Below are positions 56,949 to 64,000 of a DNA stretch of 64,000 nucleotides, in pieces. The DNA is taken from IMG/VR virus record IMGVR_UViG_3300022074_000002; one strand, 5' to 3'. The position numbers were made by a program, and so were the translations under genes. This DNA comes from a virus. The notes beneath the pieces are model-generated. The model saw nothing but the letters and a program-made list of their open reading frames with translations. It had not been told where the DNA came from and made no database searches. How positions within the stretch are numbered: the stretch's first letter is position 1; each line of letters begins with the position of its first letter.

Positions 56949-59900
56949 ATGTCAGAAAAAATCTATATTGTCACTCTTCATAATAGGGAAGACTTGGACG
57001 GATTTTATGATGATATGAAGGACAATGGGTTTCGTTTAAATATGAAACGTCCTATCAGTAGGAACACACACTACTGGATGACAGATGAACAAGCAGAAGA
57101 ATTAAAACAAGATCCTAGAGTATGGGATGTAGACTTGCGTCCAGAAGATAGAGGAATATATCCTAAGAAATGTGCAACACCAACTGATAATCAAGTTCCT
57201 AGAACACTTGAGGGAAGTTTCTGGAAAGCAGGAGGCATTGATACTAACAATAGTTTTCCATGGGGTCTTTCACATACCATTGATTCTACAGGTACAGTTA
57301 GAGGTAAAGGACAGTTTGGATCAAGTGGAGGAAGTTATAATCAATATGTTACAACCATACCAGGTGATAATTATGAAAATGCATGGGGAGATGGTAGACA
57401 CGTAGACATAGTTGTTTGTGACGATCCTGTATCTGCTGACTGTGGTGATTGGAGTGGGTTTGCAGCAAACAGATTTGTTTCATATGATTGGTTCAACGAG
57501 TTGAATACTGAAGTGACATCTATAGATGATGATGGTCAGACTCTACCTACTGGAGCTGTAACTTACTATAGTAATGCAACCAATCCTGAGTATCATGGAA
57601 CTCACGTTGCTGGAACTTGTGCAGGAAATTATTATGGACTTGCAAACGAAGCAAACATATATGGATTACAAATTCTAGGAACGATGCCTTCTGGTCAGAG
57701 TTTACCTACACTATTATTATATGATTACCTTAGAGCATTCCATAAAAAGAAACCTATCAATCCTGTAACTGGATATAAGAACCCTACAATATCAAATCAT
57801 AGTTGGGGGTATAGTACAGAGACATCTTTAGAATCAGAATTTCCTGCTGGTATTGCAATTGGAAATGTTGTAGAAGTAAATTATCAAGGTGTGCAATACA
57901 ATTCTGGTAATCCTAATGCTGCTGGTTGGACAATGGCAGGATTAGAAACAGATTTTGGTATTGCTCCTAACAAATGGAGTATTCCTGTTACACTTACATC
58001 TGTCAATGCTGATGTAGAAGATGCTATTGCAGATGGTATAGTTATTATTTGTGCTGCTGGTAATGATAATTTTCATGTAGTACCACAAGGTGATGCAAAT
58101 TATAATAATTTTGTTATCTTCCAAGGATATAATAGTAACTCTCCAGTCTATTTTAATAGAGGTATGTCTCCTGCCAGTGCACCAAATGCAATTATGGTAG
58201 GATCATTAAATAGTGATGCTTCATTCAAGAGGTCATCTTTTACAAACTTCGGTCCTAGAATAGATGTCTTTGCACCTGGCACTAATATATTATCTGCATG
58301 GGGAAATCCTGCTACTATTACAGGAGGTAATGCAGGAGCAGGATTCGCTGATACGAAATATGGTGGTAATAACTGGATGTATCCTATAAGTGGAACTAGT
58401 ATGGCATCACCATTAATTGCTAGTGTTGCAGCAATGGTTGCTAGTGCTAGGAGGACAGATAGATTTAGTAATGATGATCTCCGTGCATACATGAATAACA
58501 ATAGTGTCTTTGGTGACATGACATTTGATGTTGGTGGAGGAACATTTGCTGACAACTCATGTAGAAAAGATAGTCCTAACAAATATTTGGTAACAAAAAA
58601 TCCTAGAAAACAGAATGGTAATTTACAGAATAAAGTAGGAGATAGAAGAAGTGGTGCAGTATTTCCTAGACCTAAAAAATTACATGCTACTAATGGATTT
58701 CCTAGTGGTCTATTATCTACCTCATCACAATTATCAATACAAAAAGAATGGAAATCATATAATTCAACAGTAGGTCCTACAGGTTTTAAAGATCCTGCAA
58801 CTGCTGGTTTATATAATTATCTTTCCGATCTATACATTCCTACTAATGAAGCAGGTCCTACAGGATACCCAGTAATGATTTGTTTACATGGTAATGGTGG
58901 TAATGGTAGTACTATCAATGATCCAATCTATGCTACACTAGGAGATCATATTAGAGTAGGTCCTTATGGTTCTGGAAGCAGTTGGAATATAGTTGATGAA
59001 AGTAGCATCGCTCCTGACATAGAATATCTAAGAAATCTTATTAAGTTATTGAAGACATTTACAAATGTAGATAGCACAAGAATTAGAATCTCTGGTATAT
59101 CTAATGGTGCAGCACTAGCATGCAGAGCATTTGTTGAGATAGATGATCCTGCTGTTGATTTAATTGTTCCTATTGTATCTCAATTTCATACTAATGAGGT
59201 AAATAATTTTACACAGTTCTTTATGCCAACAGATCATTTAGATACTAGTGGATCTGCTGGAAGTTATGGATACACTGTTCAGAAAGTTCCTGTTGCTGGT
59301 AGAAAAATATTGATGATGCAGAATACTAATGATGGTGTCATACCTTATAATGGTGGTGCTGGTGTTGGTATTCAATTCATAGGTGCTAGACTATCCACAT
59401 ATCGTATGGCACAAGCTATGGGATGGGCAGGAGGAGAACAGAATACTGGATTAACATTCCAAGGAGACGCAGCAACACAACTCTATCGTTATAATATTAA
59501 TGGGAATGTAAATGAAGTTGTTCATTGTGCAAGTAATGGTGGACATGGTGTCAATGCAAAGATGATTGCTTTGTTTGAGGAATGGGTAGAGAGTGATGGT
59601 CAGACAATTACAGTTACATTACCATCTAATACATATAATATAACTGTGACTGCAAACAGTAACGTTAACTATCAACTAAGTGGAAATGATAGGAATGGAT
59701 TAGTAACTGGTAATGATCCTACAGTTACTGTACAGGCAGGAGATACAATTAACTTTATTGTTTCAAATACATTTGGTCATCCATTCTATATTAAGACTGT
59801 TTATGTTGGTGGTTCTGGTAGTCAAGTATCAACAGGAACTGTAACTGGAACACAAGGAACACAGAGTGGAACTCTGTCTTGGAACACAACAGGAGTGTCA

Positions 59901-59972
59901 TCAGGAACATATTATTATGTTTGTTCTCCACACGCATCTCTTGGTATGGGTGGATCAATCGTCATCACATAA
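56949..59972 (+). CDS. Subtilisin (S8) protease + alpha/beta esterase + plastocyanin-like cupredoxin fusion
   Basis: S8: VCDD, HGTHVAGT, AAGND, GTSMASP; esterase: LHGNGG, GISNG, NDGVIPY, GGHG; Cu site: GHPF, CSPHASLGM. Confidence 0.82.
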   Translation: MSEKIYIVTLHNREDLDGFYDDMKDNGFRLNMKRPISRNTHYWMTDEQAEELKQDPRVWDVDLRPEDRGIYPKKCATPTDNQVPRTLEGSFWKAGGIDTNNSFPWGLSHTIDSTGTVRGKGQFGSSGGSYNQYVTTIPGDNYENAWGDGRHVDIVVCDDPVSADCGDWSGFAANRFVSYDWFNELNTEVTSIDDDGQTLPTGAVTYYSNATNPEYHGTHVAGTCAGNYYGLANEANIYGLQILGTMPSGQSLPTLLLYDYLRAFHKKKPINPVTGYKNPTISNHSWGYSTETSLESEFPAGIAIGNVVEVNYQGVQYNSGNPNAAGWTMAGLETDFGIAPNKWSIPVTLTSVNADVEDAIADGIVIICAAGNDNFHVVPQGDANYNNFVIFQGYNSNSPVYFNRGMSPASAPNAIMVGSLNSDASFKRSSFTNFGPRIDVFAPGTNILSAWGNPATITGGNAGAGFADTKYGGNNWMYPISGTSMASPLIASVAAMVASARRTDRFSNDDLRAYMNNNSVFGDMTFDVGGGTFADNSCRKDSPNKYLVTKNPRKQNGNLQNKVGDRRSGAVFPRPKKLHATNGFPSGLLSTSSQLSIQKEWKSYNSTVGPTGFKDPATAGLYNYLSDLYIPTNEAGPTGYPVMICLHGNGGNGSTINDPIYATLGDHIRVGPYGSGSSWNIVDESSIAPDIEYLRNLIKLLKTFTNVDSTRIRISGISNGAALACRAFVEIDDPAVDLIVPIVSQFHTNEVNNFTQFFMPTDHLDTSGSAGSYGYTVQKVPVAGRKILMMQNTNDGVIPYNGGAGVGIQFIGARLSTYRMAQAMGWAGGEQNTGLTFQGDAATQLYRYNINGNVNEVVHCASNGGHGVNAKMIALFEEWVESDGQTITVTLPSNTYNITVTANSNVNYQLSGNDRNGLVTGNDPTVTVQAGDTINFIVSNTFGHPFYIKTVYVGGSGSQVSTGTVTGTQGTQSGTLSWNTTGVSSGTYYYVCSPHASLGMGGSIVIT

Positions 59973-60006
59973 ATAAACTTGAGCAGTAGTAACATTTGGT
60001 AGATAA

Positions 60007-63000
60007 ATGGCAGATCGTTTTCCGTTAATAGTAAATGCGGTTTCTCAAAAGATTGAGGAACTGATTTCTGGTGACAATTTAGAATTGTCTGGTAACAATA
60101 TAGTCATAAGTGGTGACACAGGAGCAGGAAAATATCTTACCAGTAACGGTACGGTTGTTTCATGGGGAACACCTGGTGATGTGTATCTAACACAAAACCA
60201 AGTCTTAGAAAATAAAACTTTTACTTCATGTGTAATTTCTGGATCTGCTAATACTCTCTCTAACATACCAAACGCTGCTCTTTCAAACTCCACAATACAA
60301 GTAAACGGTGCTGCTATTGCTCTAGGTGGATCTGTTACAACACCAAATGACAACACCACTTACGTTGTGAGTGCACAAGATGGTGTCAATAATAATACAA
60401 AAGTTATTAGACTAACTGCTGGTGGATCAGGACAAGGAGATGATGATGTCAGTATCGCTGTAGGTCCTCCTGCTGCTGTTCCTGCTGGATCTAATGCTCT
60501 TGCTCTAGCAATCAATAGAGTTGGTGAAGTCATTACAATATCTGGTACAGCACCTGATGCTGATACTATAACAACAGTGAAGTCTGGAACTGGTGGTACA
60601 GCACAGACTGGAGATATTACAATTGCTGCAACTGGATCCTCTACAGTATCTCAGGACACAGCATCTAAAACAATTACGATCAACTCAACATATGTTGACA
60701 CGATCACGAAGATAAGAGCAACCACAGGACAAGTATTAAATCCTGGTAACTTTACATTCTTATCTGGTGGTGCTACTACTGTTGCTCAAGGTGTTGATGG
60801 TAATGGCGACTCAACAATTACATATACATCTGTTGATACTATAACCAGATTGAAGGGAGGAGCAGCTGGATCACTTGTAACTGGTGATGTCGAGTTTACT
60901 GGTGGAGCAAACGTCACAGTATCACAAGCGGGTAACACAATTAGTATTGCTAGTGTAGATACAAACACAGTAACTAGACTTTCATCTGGTGCTAACGTTG
61001 TTACTGCAGGAGACTTTAAGTTTGTAGGAACTGGTGCTACTAGCATTTCACAAGCAACTGCTGGTGGTGTAACAACATTCACAGTCACATCTGCTAACGA
61101 TGACACTGGTGCAGCGTTGACAGCATCCGCTGGTATCTTATTATCAGGTACAGATTTCCAATTAAAAAATGCTGGTAACTTTAGTGGTAATCAATTATTA
61201 AAGTGGGACTCTGGTAACAGTCAGATAGGAAACAGTTTGATTTCTGATAACGGGTCTACTGTTACAGTTTCTGGTGACTTAGTTGTAGATGGCACTCAAA
61301 CAATTTTAAATACTACTACTTTAATAGTAGAAGACAATAGTATAGAATTAAGAAAGGGAAATAATTTAGTTGGAAATGACGGCGGTGTACAGATAAACTT
61401 AGAAACAGATGGTAGTGGATCTGTCACAAAATATCAATCATTACAGTGGTTTAACTCTGGTGGATACTGGAGAGGATGGGACGGTTCTGTTGAAAGAAGG
61501 TTTGTTACAGAGGCAGAGACACAGATTCTTACTAACAAAACTCTTACATCTCCAACACTTACCTCACCTAACATCGGTGCTGCTGTTGCGACATCAGTCA
61601 ATGGTCTTATAGTTAGTACAACTGCATCTGCAACACTAGACATCGCAACATCTAAAGTGTTGGATGTAAATGATTCTCTAACATTAACATCAGATAACCC
61701 TGCTGCAACAGTTGCTGTTAACTTTAGAGTTGGTGGAGACGTAGCATATAGATCTGATACTCTTGCATCATTCTCATCTACCACATCTACACAGATGCGT
61801 GGTTTGATTACAGATACAACAGGATTAGATAAGTTAGTATTCCAGACCAACCCTACAATTTTAACTGGTATTACTACAACATCTGCAGGATTTAATTTAG
61901 TTAACACTGGTGCTACAAGTATATTGTTTGGTGGTGCTGCTGGAAGCATCGTCATGGGTGCTTCAACTGGTGATACAACTATCAACCATGACTTAATACT
62001 TAAAGAAGATCTCACTGTTGGTGTTGATACAAATGATAACGCTGTATTCAATGGTAATCTTAACATTGAAAATGCAGACCTTACAATACGTGGAACTTCT
62101 AGTGATCCAATGCAAATTGGTAGAGGTGGTGGTGCTGTAAATACAAACACTCGTGTGGGTACATCAGCACTTGCTGCAAACACTTCTGGATCTCAGAACA
62201 CAGCATTTGGATACCAAGCATTGTTCACAAATAATATTGGTGCATCCAATACTGCAATTGGCCACAGGGTTTTGAGGGCAGCGGGTGTCGGAAATAATAA
62301 TATTGGTATTGGTAAAGATGCATTACTTGTTACACTTTCTGGTAGTAAGAACCTTGCGATTGGTAACAATGCAATGGAGACAAACTCGACGGGTAGTGGA
62401 AACGTCTGTATTGGACACTATGCTGGTTTTGATGTACAAGGTAATAACAACGTTCTTATAGGTCCTGCATACAACGAGACTTCTGCTGATGTAACATTTA
62501 GACCTCCTAATATTAGTGGAGATAATCAACTTGTTATTGGTTCTGGTGGACAAGCATGGTTGCGTGGTGATTCTAGTTACAATATTAGTACTAGTCAAAA
62601 TCTTACCGTAGATGGAGATACACTTATCAAGGGTGATCTTACAGTTAATGGTACTACAACCACAATTAAATCTAATATTGTACAGATTACAGACAAGGCA
62701 ATTGAACTTGCTGCTGTTGTAAGTACACAGTTTACATGTACTGCTGTATCTGGATCTGCAAATATCGTAGCGATTGCTCCTACACTAGGACTAATACCTG
62801 GCATGGAGATTACATCAAACACTGCTGGTATTACAGTTCCTGCTGGAACAATCATTGTAAGTATCACAAACGACACAGCGGTATTGAGCAACAACGTAAC
62901 AGGATCTGGTACACCTACATTCAGTGCGATAGGTCCTTCTGATACTGCTGCAGAAGACGGTGGTATTATTGTTAAGGGTACAAGTGATAAGACATTCCTA

Positions 63001-63768
63001 TGGAGAGGAGTTGATGGTGGTGTAACATATAATAGTTGGACATCATCAGAACATATAGATCTTGCAAGTGGTAAGAACTATTATGTAAATGGTATTCTAA
63101 TTGCCAGTGATACTAATAAAGTTATCGGACCTACAAATGGTGGTGGTCAAGGACAGATTGATTTAAGTGGTGCTGGTGTTGCATACACACTTGGTAGTGC
63201 AGTCACAGGATCATCATTAACATCTGTCGGAACTCTTAGTGCATTGACTGTTAGTGATAATTTCAAAGTTAGACCAGGTAATACTTCAAACGCTACATGC
63301 TACATGGGAGTTGTAGGTAAATCTAGTGTAAACTATGCTGGAGGTAATGCCGATACTGCCTGTTTAAGAATTGAAGACACTGGTTCTAATAATGGTTATT
63401 ATCATGGATTGGAATTTAGAACAAGACGTAGTGGTGATATTAGATTATATGCTCATGATCAAGGTGATAATTTAGCTGATTTTGTTGTTGCAGTTGATAA
63501 TGGTAGTGTACTCGTAGAAAGATTACGCATACAATCTTCCGATGGTGACTTAGTACCTGGTTCAGATAACGCACAAGATCTTGGAGCATCTAACTTACGT
63601 TGGGCAAACGTCTACTCTGGTGACGTTCATCTAAACAACACAGGAATGGGTGGTAACGAGGTAGATGGAACTGAAGGAAACTGGACAATGCAAGAGGGTT
63701 CTGATGATCTATTCTTAATCAATAGAATCACTGGTAAGAAGTATAAGTTCAACTTAACTGAGGTTTAA
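60007..63768 (+). CDS. Long tail fibre with tandem and YadA-like repeats
   Basis: Four ~40-aa DT(I/N)T repeats; 14-residue NTAxG repeats; C-terminal RWANVYSGD...KKYKFNLTEV domain. Confidence 0.85.
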   Translation: MADRFPLIVNAVSQKIEELISGDNLELSGNNIVISGDTGAGKYLTSNGTVVSWGTPGDVYLTQNQVLENKTFTSCVISGSANTLSNIPNAALSNSTIQVNGAAIALGGSVTTPNDNTTYVVSAQDGVNNNTKVIRLTAGGSGQGDDDVSIAVGPPAAVPAGSNALALAINRVGEVITISGTAPDADTITTVKSGTGGTAQTGDITIAATGSSTVSQDTASKTITINSTYVDTITKIRATTGQVLNPGNFTFLSGGATTVAQGVDGNGDSTITYTSVDTITRLKGGAAGSLVTGDVEFTGGANVTVSQAGNTISIASVDTNTVTRLSSGANVVTAGDFKFVGTGATSISQATAGGVTTFTVTSANDDTGAALTASAGILLSGTDFQLKNAGNFSGNQLLKWDSGNSQIGNSLISDNGSTVTVSGDLVVDGTQTILNTTTLIVEDNSIELRKGNNLVGNDGGVQINLETDGSGSVTKYQSLQWFNSGGYWRGWDGSVERRFVTEAETQILTNKTLTSPTLTSPNIGAAVATSVNGLIVSTTASATLDIATSKVLDVNDSLTLTSDNPAATVAVNFRVGGDVAYRSDTLASFSSTTSTQMRGLITDTTGLDKLVFQTNPTILTGITTTSAGFNLVNTGATSILFGGAAGSIVMGASTGDTTINHDLILKEDLTVGVDTNDNAVFNGNLNIENADLTIRGTSSDPMQIGRGGGAVNTNTRVGTSALAANTSGSQNTAFGYQALFTNNIGASNTAIGHRVLRAAGVGNNNIGIGKDALLVTLSGSKNLAIGNNAMETNSTGSGNVCIGHYAGFDVQGNNNVLIGPAYNETSADVTFRPPNISGDNQLVIGSGGQAWLRGDSSYNISTSQNLTVDGDTLIKGDLTVNGTTTTIKSNIVQITDKAIELAAVVSTQFTCTAVSGSANIVAIAPTLGLIPGMEITSNTAGITVPAGTIIVSITNDTAVLSNNVTGSGTPTFSAIGPSDTAAEDGGIIVKGTSDKTFLWRGVDGGVTYNSWTSSEHIDLASGKNYYVNGILIASDTNKVIGPTNGGGQGQIDLSGAGVAYTLGSAVTGSSLTSVGTLSALTVSDNFKVRPGNTSNATCYMGVVGKSSVNYAGGNADTACLRIEDTGSNNGYYHGLEFRTRRSGDIRLYAHDQGDNLADFVVAVDNGSVLVERLRIQSSDGDLVPGSDNAQDLGASNLRWANVYSGDVHLNNTGMGGNEVDGTEGNWTMQEGSDDLFLINRITGKKYKFNLTEV

Positions 63769-63769
63769 T

Positions 63770-64000
63770 ATGGCATACTTTGGAGACGGATCAAATTTAT
63801 CAGGGGTATCAGGAATACCAACTGGACTGATAGCAATGTGGTCTGGTGCTACAAATGCAATACCATCTGGATGGGTATTGTGTGATGGTAATAATGGCAC
63901 ACCAAATTTACAGGATAAATTTATAGTAGGTGCAGGAAGTTCTTATGCTGTAGATGCAACAGGTGGTTCTACAACTGATACTGTAAACATCTCTGTTAGT
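63770..64000 (+). CDS. Tail-collar domain protein (3'-truncated by window)
   Basis: PTGLIAMWSG..IPSGWVLCDG..GTPNLQDKFIVGAG collar motif. Confidence 0.8.
   Translation, partial: MAYFGDGSNLSGVSGIPTGLIAMWSGATNAIPSGWVLCDGNNGTPNLQDKFIVGAGSSYAVDATGGSTTDTVNISVS

Noticed and set aside
61434-62183. 249-aa minus-strand ORF in the long fibre gene
   Set aside because: Expected from Gly/Thr/Ala/Val-rich codons that lack antisense stops
53728-63768. Diversity-generating retroelement in fibre repeats
   Set aside because: No reverse transcriptase in the window; repeats differ at all base types rather than only at adenines
346-64000. Stop-codon reassignment
   Set aside because: TAA, TAG and TGA all terminate full-length conserved genes under the standard code

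Overview
A 64-kb, AT-rich, almost entirely plus-strand segment of a T4-like marine cyanomyovirus (Kyanoviridae-type). A Prochlorococcus host is inferred from the low GC and the auxiliary genes. From left to right: (1) packaging/tail/head module g17-g18-g19-g20-core-g21-g22-g23-g3; (2) uvsY-uvsW-g55, a DenV-like glycosylase, a PsbN-like protein, g47/g46 and a vWA + MoxR ('CobS') pair; (3) replication module g45-g44-dam-g62-regA-hsp20-g43-uvsX-m4C methylase-g41-mazG; (4) a PD-(D/E)XK-like gene, an RNA-ligase-like KxDG protein and an HxGH nucleotidyltransferase; (5) a late-promoter block of probable internal/virion proteins; (6) g61-nrdA-nrdB-pebS-pcyA-GIY-YIG-talC-glutaredoxin, a polytopic transporter and a manA-class structured ncRNA; (7) tail-fibre genes, including a subtilisin + esterase + blue-copper fusion. 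No tRNA, CRISPR array, intron or intein was seen. All family assignments come from motifs read by eye and from memory; no database search was run. The strongest candidates for undescribed biology are the Rnl2-like/HxGH nucleotidyltransferase module, the three-domain virion enzyme, the PsbN-like and transporter genes, pebS and pcyA together, and several recurring promoter/RNA architectures.
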